DNA of 64,000 bases, from the NCBI RefSeq assembly GCF_009914755.1, contig NC_060946.1, one strand, 5' to 3'. Below, in pieces: positions 30,397 through 48,097 of this stretch. A model generated the notes under the pieces. That model did no database searches. It had not been told where the DNA came from and saw only the letters and a list, made by a program, of their open reading frames with translations. Source of the stretch: the human T2T-CHM13v2.0 reference genome, Homo sapiens. Position 1 is the first letter of the stretch; every line of letters starts with the position of its first letter. The position numbers were made by a program, and so were the translations under genes.

Positions 30397-31350
30397 AGTT
30401 TTTGGGGTCCCCGTGCTGCTGCAAGGCGAAACGGGAGGGAGTGACCCCTGCGCCCCTCAGTCCCCCCTACGACGTCGCCTCCATAGTCTGCGGAGAAGCG
30501 GAGACTGCGCGCCTCGCCTCACAGCGAAACGCCGCGCACTCGGAGCCGGCACGGCTCGGCGGTGAGTGAGGTGCGGCGGCCGCGCCGTCCTTCCCCTCCC
30601 CCGCGCCCCGCCGGGACGGAGCGGGGCGGCCGGGGGTCGGCGAGGGCGCCCCCGGGGGCGCGCGGCGCGGCCCGGGGCGGTGAGCGGAGGCGCGGCGTGT
30701 GCGTGTCCTCGCGAGGGAGCGCGCGTGGGGCGGGGAGCGGGCCGGGGAGGGGGCGTGAGCGCGCGCGGGGCTGGTGCGGCCGGCGGCGCTGAGCGCGCGC
30801 TCCGCGGGAGCGGGCGCCGCCGAGATTTGAGTCGAGGGGCGGGGAGGGACTCGGGGCGACGTCCGGCGCGCGGGCCGGGGCGCCCCGAACGGCCGGGCAG
30901 GCACTGGCGGGCGCGCGCGCGGCTCCGGGCGTCACGCGCCAGCAGGTGTGAGCTGGGGGAGGGCTTCCGGGTGGGCTGGCCCGGCCGTCGAGTTCGCTTC
31001 CCGTCTCCGGGGGGCCTCGGCGCGGGGACACCTTCCCGGCCCGCGGAGGCGCGTCCGCCCCTGGCTGGCGGTGGCAGAGGGAGGCGTCAGGCCTCGGATC
31101 CTCGGGTCCCTGCGCAGCGTCCCGGCCTGTGTGCAGGACCTGCGTGACAAGGTGAATGCGTTCCACACCCCTCGCCAGGGCCCTGCGTGTGCGGCCACTT
31201 GGGGAGGCGGCTCAGACTCTGGACAAGGAAACGAGGGGCACGGAGAGTGTTTTTACACCTTCCCGTGGTCCGGTGCCCTTCAGTTCCAGACTACCGGTTT
31301 ATTCGGCTGTAGAGGCTGGACATCCGATCCAGCGAGACACGCTGTAGTGG
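29990..31350. promoter_or_regulatory. CpG island
   Basis: Very high GC and CpG density, peaking 30500-31130, against a CpG-depleted background. Confidence 0.93.
30397..30561 (+). other. TNRC6B: Non-coding first exon, probably TNRC6B (start approximate)
   Basis: Strong donor GCG|gtgagt at 30561/30562 in the CpG island just after the promoter motifs; identity from recalled FAM83F-TNRC6B gene order, no coding exon in the window. Confidence 0.72.
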
Positions 31351-32119
31351 TTAAAGACGTCCAGTAACGGTCACCTCTAGTCAAGCGCCTTAAGGACCAG
31401 CTTATTCTGAATTCTTTGGAATTCAGGTTACCAGCCTGGGACTTTAAGTTCGTGCTTTCTCATGTGTTTTGGCTGTTTTATTACTTTTTAGCATCAGTGC
31501 TAGAGATTGAACGAGAGGATGGTGAATTTCAAGTTGGTCATTTGTATTATAATTTAAGCAAAATTATACAAAATTGGTCAAAGATATTTCTTCATAGTGA
31601 ATAAAACAAGCCAAGAATCAGTGAATGAAACATTAGTGCCCCCACCAACAGTTAAGTATATATATAAAGTGTGTAGAAATGATAGACATTAGCATTTTGT
31701 GAAAGTTTACTAATAGAGGTTACTTCTCTCTTCGCTGTGGGAGATTTCAGTAGTATAAGGTTTCTCTTGATTTGGAGAATCATCAGTGATCTTGGCTTCG
31801 AAAGTACAGATGTGTTTTGGGTAGTGTTGTGTAAATGCCTCTTATAGAGCGGAACTTTTAGCGCATTGTCTCTACAGCGCGCAGCATTGCTGTAGGCAGG
31901 TAGTGGGAGGGCTGTGTAGTGCCCACTTGCACGAAGGCACACTCACCAATATCCAGAATACAAATCAGACTGGCTTGTCCCACGTGGGACGTGGTGATGA
32001 TGATAATAATACTTTTATATTTTCTTAGTTCTTTACTATTATTAAGGGCTTATCCCAAACACCATTATTTGAGCAGAGTGGTTTCTGATAGGAATTCCGT
32101 AGCTGCTTTTCTGTGGTAA

Positions 32120-32508
<389 letters not shown>

Positions 32509-32883
32509 TTAAAAATGTTTTCAAGTCGGAGCAATACCACTTGTTGAAATGGCAGTAATAATATTAGCTAACATTTATTGTATGCTTACTCTATGCCAGC
32601 CTTTTGACATCTTTTCCCCTAATTCTTAGCCCAAGCCTGTGGGGTAGGTATCGTTACTATACTATGAATGAGAAAAGGGATCTCCAGGAGCCACACAGCT
32701 ATGCAGTTCCAGGGCATAGGTTTAGTCTCAACGTCTGTCTGGTTTGAGAGCCTACGCGTGTTTCATTTTGCCTCCTCCTTGAATTATCAGAGGGAGAAAG
32801 GGCACTGAAAAGTAGAGAGGAATAGAAAAGGAGAATACCACTGATGATTAGGTTGCCCATACCTAACTTAAGAATTTAAATTA

Positions 32884-33182
<299 letters not shown>

Positions 33183-33821
33183 GTTTACATTAAGCTCATT
33201 CTTGGCTTTTAGAAATTAATAACATTTTTGCAAAAGTACATCTTATTTCTTCCCTGTTTAATTTTTATAAAGATTGTAAAAATACATTTTAGCTCAAGAG
33301 TTCAAGGCTTTCAGAGCCCTTTGTGCAGATTGCTGCTCCAGTCCCGGGCTATTGTGTATTGTGATAAATTGTGTGCTCTTCCAGGGACTGTTACTCATTT
33401 TTCTATCCAGCACAGTGCTTGGCACATAGTGGGAACACAGAAAACGTTAGTTGACTGACATTTGATTCTAAGGAGCAGAATCAAAGTGTAGATTTCGGAT
33501 TCATTTTAGTCGTTGAATTGTGCAGTTTTAGTTTAACAGGACAATAAGAAAATGACTAGTTCATGTGCAAAATGCACGTTTTGAAAAAATACTTAAATGG
33601 AGCAACTCATGGGGTCTTGGAAAATTCTGTCAGTTTGCTGGATCTCTCCGTTCTACTATCATGTTTGAGCTTCTGTTCCTCTCACTTCCAGAGTTCTGAA
33701 AGAGCAGTCTATGCTGGCTGCTTCCCTTTCTTCACGTCTTCACTACACAGTCATTCTTTAAACTTTTGCAGCCAGATTGTTCCAAGGTTGCCAATTACCT
33801 AGTGGGTAAATTTCCCACATT

Positions 33822-34202
<381 letters not shown>

Positions 34203-34424
34203 TTAAACATTTTTTTAAAAATAACATACAGTAATATTGACTTTTTATGTGTGTTTACAGTTCTGTGAATGTTCACACATGAATGTACACAGTCAGGATC
34301 AGAACGGTTCCATCACTCCAAAAAAAACTCCCTTGTCCCATCCCTTTGTATCACGGCTTTCTCTTTTCTTTTTCCTTCCTTCCTTCCTTCCTTCTATCCA
34401 TCCATCCATCTTTCTTGTCTTTCT

Positions 34425-34887
34425 GACAGAGTTTCGCTCTGTCGCCCAGGCTGGAGTGAAGTGGCATGATCTCGGCTCACCACAACCTCTGCCCCGCTCC
34501 CCCCTCCCAACTTCACTGGGTTCAAGCGATTCTCCTGCCTCAGCCTCCCAAGTAGCTGGGATTATAGGCGTGCATCACCACGCCCAGCTAATTTTTGTAT
34601 TTTTAGTACAAAGAGAATAGAAGGTAACATTTGTTCATTTATTTAAAACATTTATACACTGCTGGCTGGGCGCGGTGGCTAACACCTGTAATCCCAGCAC
34701 TTTGGGAGGCTGAGGCGGGTGGATCACGAGGTCAGGAGTTCAAAACCAGCCTGGCCGGTCACTGTGTTAGCCAGGATGGTCTCGAACTCCCGACCTTAGG
34801 GATTTCACCATGTTGGCCAGGCTGGTCTCAAACTCCCACCTCAGCCTCCCAAAGTGCTAGGACACGGATGAGCCACCGTGCCCAGTC
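34425..34887. mobile_element. Rearranged Alu patchwork, both orientations
   Basis: Antisense right arm, unique insert, sense left arm, antisense pieces. Confidence 0.85.
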
Positions 34888-35072
34888 AGCTTTCTTAACT
34901 CTCTGCCTTTTCTTAAGTTTTTCTAACATCGTACTGTCCTCCTTCTTACCTTTTGGGGCGTCGTTCCTTTCCTGACTTCTATCCCGGAGATAAACACTAA
35001 GGTCAATTACTAAGGGCTCCTTTTATTGTTTTATTTTTCTCTTTTTCTAATCTTCATAAGTGTTATTTATGA

Positions 35073-35501
<429 letters not shown>

Positions 35502-36314
35502 TGAAAGTCAAGTAATGCCTCCCATTAGTATTAGTTTCTATTATCGTTAGTTTCTATTAATTATTATTCTATAATTTATAATTATAGTTATTATTAGTGT
35601 TTTTCAGTGGTGCCATCATCCTCTCAAGTTTGCAACCCTGGAGCATTTGGAGGGCCATATAATAAACTCTGTTATTTCAAACCTGGAATCCTGCTACTTA
35701 GTTACGATACTGGCTGCTGCCCCTTTGCTACCAAGCCAGCCCGGATCCAGCGACCTGAGAGGAGCATGGGTAGTTGGAGCACTTAGAACCCCTTTAGGAT
35801 TGTAGCATTTCCTTGTGGTCAAAACCCTTCTATGACTTCCCATTGCACTCAGGCCGGTTTGGGATTTTACTTTTTATCCTATGAGGCTCTGTGTGTTCTG
35901 GCCTCCCCAACCTTCTCTCACTTCTTTTACACCCCATCCTCCTCTCTGAGCATCTTAACTGCAAGGTCCTTCTTTCAGTTCCTCAAATTGCCCAAGCCTT
36001 TTCCGGCCTTAAGGCTTTTGTTTTTGTATACACCTGCACCACTCTCTTGGCTTGGGCTGTCCTTGCTCTGCTCCCCACTAGCTTTTACCCAGCTAACTTC
36101 AGGTTCAGATTAAATTGTCACCTCAGAAAGGCCCTCCTTTATGCTCTCGTCCCACTACCCCCATCCACCCTCAGTTAAGACTGGCAGAGCTCCTGTTATT
36201 TTTTCATAGCTGTCACCACAATTCATGATTCAGGACCATGTCTGTTTTGGTCCTGAATCTCAGTGTATCTCCAGAGCCTGGCCAAGTGTCAGGCATACAA
36301 CAGACTTCCAGTAA

Positions 36315-36687
<373 letters not shown>

Positions 36688-37259
36688 ATCCTGTAGTTTC
36701 TGGTAGCCTTGCCTACGTCCTCAGTGTCTCCTCTGGGACTTGATCTCACTGTTGGAAGTCTTGCCACAGTGAGATAGATTCCAAAATTGCTGAAGAGGAC
36801 ACCAATCCTGTTCTGAATTGTACCTCTGCATGGAATCCCTTATCACTAAGCCAGACTAGATCTAAACTAAACTGTGCTAAGCTCACTAAGTCCCACAAGT
36901 ATTGCACCTTGGTTGTCCAGGCTGGGGTCAGCACTTGCAGCTGTTATTCTTCCGTATTTCAACCTGCTCTTGATTTCTTACTCCTCCCTCCACCCAGCAT
37001 GGGGCTTCTAAAGACGTTGTATACTTTCCAGCTGAGCCTACTTACCCTTTGACATTTTGCAGCCTGTTGACATTGACAACTGCCTCCAGTGTCTCACCCC
37101 TACAGATTGCCCCCACACTGATCTTCCTGAAACAGTGCTTTGTTTATGTTTCCTGCTCCCTCCCAAATCGACCACAGGCACTACAGTTTGAAAGCCTTCA
37201 ATGGTGTTTCATTGCCTAGAGGGTTTAAATGCTTTAGCTTGTTATTTAAAGTTTCTGGA

Positions 37260-37581
37260 CTAGCACTGTCCAATAGAAATAGAATGTAAGCCACAAATAT
37301 GAGCCACATATGTATAGATTTTCTAGTAGCTACATTAAAAAAGTAGAAAGGGGTGAAATTGATTTTTATAGCATTTTATTGACTTCAGTATATCCAAAAT
37401 ATTAACATTTAAATAGGTAATTGGTAAAAATTATTAATGAGATACTTTACATTCTTTTTTCTAGTTAAGCCTTTGAAATCTGGAGTGTATTTTTCGCTCA
37501 TAGACATCTCAGTTCAGAGTAACCACATTTCAAGTGCTCAGTAGCCACATGTGGCTAGTGGCTACCATGTTGGACAGCACA
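37260..37581. mobile_element. MER33/MER3-type DNA transposon (hAT-Charlie)
   Basis: gcactgtccaataga...agtagccacatgtggctagtggctaccatgttggacagc with inverted termini. Confidence 0.82.
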
Positions 37582-37911
37582 ACTCTAAACCATGCTCTCC
37601 ACATAGTTGAAGGGCCATACCTGGGTACTTCCAGCCACTGGTCTTTTGGCTACTATTCCCCTCACCTAGAACCAGCTTCCTTATCCAAATGTGCCAACCT
37701 TCCTTGCCAAGAAACACAAGGGGACCCCAAGATCAAAGGGGGACCCTAAGATTAAAATTTAAGTTCTCGTCATATTCTCTGAAAACTTTTAACAATTTTT
37801 TTGGTGTCATTGTTTTTTTCATATAGTGATTACTTACGGTCTTTACCAATTTGCGTTATAATCAGAGGTAATATTACAATATTTAACAACAGATAAAGCA
37901 TGAACCAATAA

Positions 37912-38311
<400 letters not shown>

Positions 38312-39499
38312 TGTGTATTGTTGACTTCCCCATAGGACTGAGTTTCTTGAAGGCAGGCATTTATCTTACCCGCTTTGTATCCCTAGAACAGTTTCTGACC
38401 AGTTGTGTAGTAGTAGGCAGTGTGTAAATGTTTTAAATAAATGAACAAATGTTACCTTCTATTCTCTTTTATTCTTTTTATGTGCTATGCTTTGTCTTTC
38501 TAGTTAGAAACTGAAATGTAAGTCCTTTGAGTACAGAGATCATGAATTACGAAGGTGTATATGGTATATTTGCTTGGTTGTCTTCATGGGAGCATTTCAC
38601 CATCCTCTGAATGTCGATTTGTGCTTTCTTTTTCCCCCAAACCACCTTATTGAGGTATGACTGACATACTAAAAGCTTTAGGTATTTAACATATACCACT
38701 CGATGTGTTTGGAGATTTTCTTTAAAAAAAAAAAAAAAAAACTATGTTTAGATATTGTTATGGATTTTCAGGTTGGGTCATTAATGAAGTTTGACAGTTT
38801 TAATAAGACTGACTTTCTTTGTGGTTTATAAACAGGCTCCGAAAGCAGCTTCAAAAGTAGAGCTCCAAAATAGTTCCATAATTATTGTAATTAATGCAAG
38901 TCTTCCAGAATTCGGGCAGAGTTGGAGAGTCTCTGAATTAGGAGTCAAAAGTCCTGGATTCATTTGTATTGCTGACATTTGCTTGAGTGCATACTGGGTG
39001 CCAAGCGCAGGAATGACTGAAAATTCAAAAACTACAGTATGGAAAAAAAAATACCCCTTTAACACACAGGTGAAATGGTTAATTCTTCCTAGGAAGATTG
39101 AATTTCTCTCTGTTCTCTTAGACTTTACTCATTTCTGACATAGACTACATTATATCATGTTTCTTAATCTGTCTCTCCTGCTGGATTGCAAATTTCTTAA
39201 GTGAGACTATTGTAGTCATCTTTGCATCCCTAGGCACATACTGTACTGTGTCTGTCATATCGTAGACACTCAAATGTTTGTTAAATAAATAACTTGAAGT
39301 AAGTTACTTAGCTTTGCAGAGTCTTAGTTTTTTCTTTTGCAAGTAGGAACTTCTCTACTTCAGAGAATTGTTGAAACTGTAGTGAGAATAATCTTTTAAA
39401 ACTACAGATGTGTTCTGTGTATATCTTAATTTAAAACATTTACTTAAAAAGCAAGTGTAAATCTGATCATATTTCTCCCCTACTTAAAACTGTTAATAA

Positions 39500-39789
39500 C
39501 TGGGTGCACAGGCTCGTGCCTGTAATCCCAGCACTTTGGGAAGCTGAGGTGGGTGAATATCTTGAGCTCAGGAGGTCAAGACCAGCCTGGGCAACATAGC
39601 AAAACCCTGTCTCTGCAAAAAATACAAAAATTAGCTGGGCGTGGTGGTGCCTGCCTGTAGTCCCAGCTACTCAGGAGGCTGAGGTGGGAGGCTAGCTTGA
39701 GCCTGGAGGCAGAGGTTGCAGTCAGCCGAGATTGCGCCACCACACTCCAGTGTGGGTGACAGAGTGAGACCCTGTCTCAAAAACAAAAC
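39500..39789 (+). mobile_element. Alu (J-like)
   Basis: Sense body, aaaactgt flanks. Confidence 0.9.
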
Positions 39790-40275
39790 TGTCAGTGAGG
39801 CCTAAAGACCCTGATAAGAACCTGAATTCTTGTTCTTGCCTTTTTCACTGACTGCCCAGTGAAGCTTCTGCCAGCGTCCCCTGCCTCTTTTCCTACTGTC
39901 TTCCCCCTTGCTGAGTGTACTCTCACCATACTGACCCTCTTCAAGTTCCGGAAATGTGTGTTCTTCACTACCCAAGGTCCCTTCCTTGAGCATACTATTC
40001 TCACAGCTGGAAGCCCGCAGGCCCAACCTTAGTTAATGCCTCTTCAATCCTGAGCTCAGTGTGTGTGTCTCCTCTTTAATGACTTCCTAATCACCCCGCC
40101 CCACATTAGAAGATATCAATTGTATAATTATTTAATTTGTATATTATATTTCCCCTTCTGGAAAATAGCTACATGAATAAAAATACTCTGTTTTATTCAC
40201 ATTTGTGTCACCAACATCTAGCACTGTGAGTTGCACATAGTAGGTCCTCAATAAATATTTTTTCAAATGAAGTTA

Positions 40276-40617
<342 letters not shown>

Positions 40618-41939
40618 TTATGCTTGGGCTTGACATGATGACGCTCTCACTAAACATTTGAATGCATAGACATGCTGAATGCTGTGCTAGGAGCCAGGAC
40701 TACAGAGGTGGGGCGAAAGGAGATCTTTGTTCCCAAGGAATGCACAGCCAGGTGGGTGAGACAGATGTGGACACAGATGAGTGCCATTTAGTGTAATAAG
40801 TGCTGTAATAGACAGTACAAGAGGTGCTGCGGGGATGAAAAGGAAGGTCATCAACACGATGGGGAGGTTGAGAAAGCCTTCCCAGGGAAGGTGACACTCA
40901 CACTAAGTTGTGGAGGAAAAGGGCATTTCCGGCAGAGAGAACAGCCTGTGTAGAGGCATGGGGGAGCGTTTTTAGTATGTGGAGAAGATGACCGGCACAG
41001 CGGTATGCTTTACAAGGCTGGCATTAGGGTACAGGGCTAATAGCTGACTTACAGTTGAACCATGATATGTCAGACTCAGCCTCTTACTCCACTGCAGTTT
41101 AGGACAGGAAATGACCTTAGAATAATGATCTGAATCTGTATGTTTGAATTCATAAAGGCATAGAGTACCATTCAGAGAAGATAATCATAAACCACAACGG
41201 CACTTGTCACTTCTAGTTAATATACTTGCTTCAGTGGTGTACCTATAACCATGCAAATGATGTTAGGTGGAATTAGAAAGTGGTGACTCATTTAAGCTTA
41301 TCTGTAGGAGCAGAGAGTGTAAAGGAAGTGACTTCTAGATCACCTGAGGTGAGTGCTGATACCATCTCAAATGGATCAGACACTGAACCAGTGAAAGAGA
41401 GGAAATCAGAAAAGAGGACTACCCAGAAGGGCCTCTGGTATATGTTCTGGGAAAGACAGTTCCTACAGCTTGAAGGTCTTTACATATCTCCAAGTCTCCA
41501 AGTGGTTCACTGAGCTAACATTAATCTAATTTAATTCTCAACCAGATTTGAAAAAGGGAGATTAATTGGATAAAAATGTAGCCCATTTTCCTTCATTTAC
41601 TCCTATTTGTTTTCAATGTCTCTTTCCTTTTCTGTCTCCTCCTATCCATTTTTCTCTCCCTGTTACTCTTAAGTAGTGTCTCCTTTCCCCATCCACCCCA
41701 TCTCTAGCCATCTTCCATTCTATTTCCGCTAAGTTGCTTTCAGTTGCAGGATGTCCATACCTTGTTGGCTAAACTAATGTTTCTCAGCTTTGCATATTCA
41801 GAGCTTGATATTTTTCAAATGGGAAGAAGTGATTATGCTCTGGTAGTGCTGATTACACTCACAAGATGTTAATTGACTTACGGTAATGCCGATTTCTGCA
41901 AGTTCTGTGTATGTATTTGATCTACATAACAAAGGGCTA

Positions 41940-42388
<449 letters not shown>

Positions 42389-42844
42389 TCTATAATCTAT
42401 TAAAAGATATACAGGAAGCACCCAGCGGAGAAAGAAAAATGGAAGTTGCTTGAATAGAGATGGTAGCAGATTTGATGGGGCAAGGCCACCAGATTCCTCC
42501 CATGGGCACAGGTAGACTATATTCATTGGAAGTTCCTTGTAGTATCTCAACAGAGTAAGAAGTCGTCATGGGTTCTCATCTTGGATACCTTGAGCTCAAA
42601 ATGAGTTTATGCTACTTTGTTTTGTCATGGCACCCACTAGAATGGTTTGCACATAGTAGGTGTAAACAGTCGAGATAAAGTCACAGGATTGAAAGATGAT
42701 ACTGATTATACCTTTAAACTTCTTACCAGGTAACACTATCTGTGGTTTATGACAAGGGAACATGTTTATTAATCCTCTTGTGAATAGTACAGTTACATTG
42801 AATTTTTTTCCTAAAGGTGTTGATTTATTAAATGTGTACATTGA

Positions 42845-43148
<304 letters not shown>

Positions 43149-43769
43149 CCAGAATTTTCATAATGGTGTTTTGGCATGTCTTTATTTAAAAAAATATATA
43201 TACATATCTCGAGCCTCAAAAACTGGAAGTGGACCAGGCTTTCTAACCTGGAGACCCCCTGGTCAGCATATCAAGAGAAATGTCTTGGGTACTTGCTGGG
43301 TACAAGATTCTGATGTGGAGGAAGGCAATCCAAAGTAAAAGATGAAACAGCTGCTCTCTGAGGAGCTAAATGTCTTTCTCCTGTGAAAATCCTGCTGATG
43401 GTGTCTCATGCTCAGTAATATCCTTTTCCTGAGGAGAGGTTTTACTCAGATGTTATCTCTGTAGACCTTCTAAATAAAGACTTTCCTGTTAGATGTACCA
43501 TGGACAACAGATTTTAAGTTAATATTTCACCATCTACTCTTTAGTCAATTTTGTCAACCTTCTTTTTACTATACAAGTTTTATATTTTTACACCAATATG
43601 TTTAAAATTTACAGTGTTTTATCTTGCATTTTGGCTCAATTGCCTTAAACAAAAGGCCACAATACTTACTGATTCCAGCTTAAACCATGCAGGTGGGTCT
43701 GTGGACTGCTCCAGAAAGAGGAGATCTTTTTATGCCCCATACCCCAGTATGTAGCCAAAAGGCTCAGAG

Positions 43770-43926
43770 GGGAAAATACTACTTTTACAACACCAAAAAA
43801 CAAAAACAAAACATAAACGGTAAAAAAGGCTCTTGGTAGAAATCACAAAGAGAAGAAGAATGAATGAAGATGTAAAAGACATCACATTTCAAGCCAGTAA
43901 GGGATGGTTTGAAAACTTTAAAAAGG
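43770..43926 (+). mobile_element. Tigger/pogo transposase fragment
   Basis: 43887-43925 reads FQASKGWFENFKK, the CENP-B/Tc5 HTH motif F-x-AS-x-GWF-x-x-FK. Confidence 0.7.
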
Positions 43927-45316
43927 GGGCCCTCTACCTGTCCTCCAAAACTTGTGACTCAATGTGCTTTAGCACAATGTGCTTTAGCACAATGTGACAC
44001 AATGTGCTTTAGCACATTGTGGCGCCAGCCTGCGCTTCCTGAACTGGCCAGAGCCGGGACTCAACCGATGCAGCACGTTAGCTTTGGAAGCAGACAGTCT
44101 CTAGACTGACTGACTGTACTGAAAAATGTGTATTTCATGTCATTTTCTCTTGCTTTGCTTTAACCTCCTATTTTTCAGACCTTGGGCTTATCATTCAGGG
44201 TGCTTTTCAGAAAGGTAACTGGAGGCTGGAGAGGGGCCCCTACTTCACCTCCGTCTGGAGAGGCGTGATGCTGTTGGATACCCTGTCGCTGGCAACCCAC
44301 CTGCCCAGTACTTGAATCTTGAAATTCTGACACATTGAATCTGGAAACATTGCCATATCCTTTAGTTTTTCTTTTCTCTGTGGCTTTGGACTTTGACCTT
44401 CTCATTTTTATGTTCATGCCACCATCCTGAATCTAAATCATCCTTGGTCTATTTCTGGGTTATTTAAATAGCTCTCTAGTCAGTTGTCTTGTTTCTAGTT
44501 TCTCCCCAGAAAACATTTCCTACGTACTATTTTCTTTTCCTTTCTTTAGCAACCTGTCCTTACTGTGTGAAATCCAAACACCTTTGTTCCAGCCAAGTTC
44601 GTTTACTGCTCCCATTTATCAACTGTCATTTCTTTCTTTTGAATCTTTGCGTTCTGTACAATCTTTTCTCTGTTTTCCATATTATTTTCTCTCTTTTTGT
44701 CCCCATGCTCTATAAAGGTTTGACTTATGTAAAATTTTCTCCCTGCTTCTGGCTGCCAATTCATTGTCCCCCTTACTCTCAAAAAGCCTTCTCGAAACTT
44801 TGTCTTCCTGAAAGCCTTTCTTAAGTAACGCCTCCTTCATTTGGATATAGTTTGTTCTTACTGATATGATTGTGATGATAATGAATTACGTAGACTTTGC
44901 TAATTGCATTCATTAGTTCTAATGGCATTTTTATAGATTTCGATGTTTTTTTAAACAAATATATCATTTACAAAGAAAGACAAATTTACTTTCCAGTCTT
45001 TGAGTTCTAATTCATACCTTAATGTCCTGGCTAGTACTTCGAGTACCATGCTGAACAGAAGTGATACGAGTGGGCATTCTTGCTTTTCTCCTGTGTCTTA
45101 GGGAGAAAGTATTTAGTCTTGTATCACTAACTGTGGTATGATCTGTGCGTTTTCATAGTTGCACTTTATCAGGTTCCAGAATTTCTCTTTTAATCCTAGT
45201 TTACTGAGAGTTTTTAATCAGGAATGGAGATTGTTTCATTGGATGTGCTTTTTAAAATATATTAAAATATGTTTTTTCTTTTTTAGTCTGTTAACATGGT
45301 AAATTATTTTGACTGA

Positions 45317-46005
<689 letters not shown>

Positions 46006-46117
46006 AACCTATGGATTATTTAGAAGTGTTATTTGATTTCCAAATACTTGGAAGTTTCTACATATCTTTCTGTTATTGATTTCTACTTTAATTTTATTGT
46101 ACCAAAGAATAGACTTT

Positions 46118-46661
46118 GTGTTTCTAGGGTCCCCAAGACTATCCCTAGGTTCAGTGATTACTTAGGAGAACACACAGGGCCCAGCATATAGTCATACTCA
46201 TGACTAAGATTTATTTCAGTGAAAAAATACAGTGCAAAATTAAAAGGGAAAAGGTGCTGGTAGAAGCCAGGTGCCCAGGTGCAAGCTTCCAAAAGTCTTT
46301 TCCCAGTAGAACATACAGGACACACTTAATTCCCCCAGGAACAAGTTGTAACAATATGTGTGAAGTGTTGTCTACTAGGAAAGCTTGCCTGAGCCTAGGA
46401 ATCCAGGCTTTTTATCAGGAGTTAGTTTGGTACCTAGCATGAACCAAAATTTCAGGCTCCCAGTAGGAAAACAGGTGTTCTGCATGAACCGCATGGTAGG
46501 TAGAGTTTAGACACAGTAAACCACCCTTATCAATTAGAGAATGGTGGAAACAATCCTGAAATTTAGATTCCCAGATGCCACCCAAGAGCCAACCTTTTTG
46601 CAAGCCGACTTTTCCAAGGATAGTAGCCTCTGGTTATGCTGTTTGAATTCTTTTTGGTACA
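46118..46661. mobile_element. MER21-family LTR
   Basis: gggtccccaagactatccctaggttcagtgatt...ttcccagatgccacccaagagccaacc. Confidence 0.75.
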
Positions 46662-46779
46662 CTTTGTATAACTGAATCCTTTAAAATGTATTGAGATTTG
46701 TTTTATGGTACAGAATATGGTCTATCTAGGTAAATATTATTTGTGCATTTGAAAGGAACGTATGTCCGCTGTTGTTGGA

Positions 46780-48097
<1,318 letters not shown>

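Noticed and set aside
30467-31367. Long overlapping ORFs (145-215 aa) in the CpG island
   Set aside because: Low-complexity Arg/Pro/Gly/Ala content on both strands is expected from stop-codon scarcity in GC-rich DNA; no recognisable domain
43960-44021. Repeat cluster as a possible CRISPR-like array
   Set aside because: Units are contiguous with no unique spacers, and the context is a human intron
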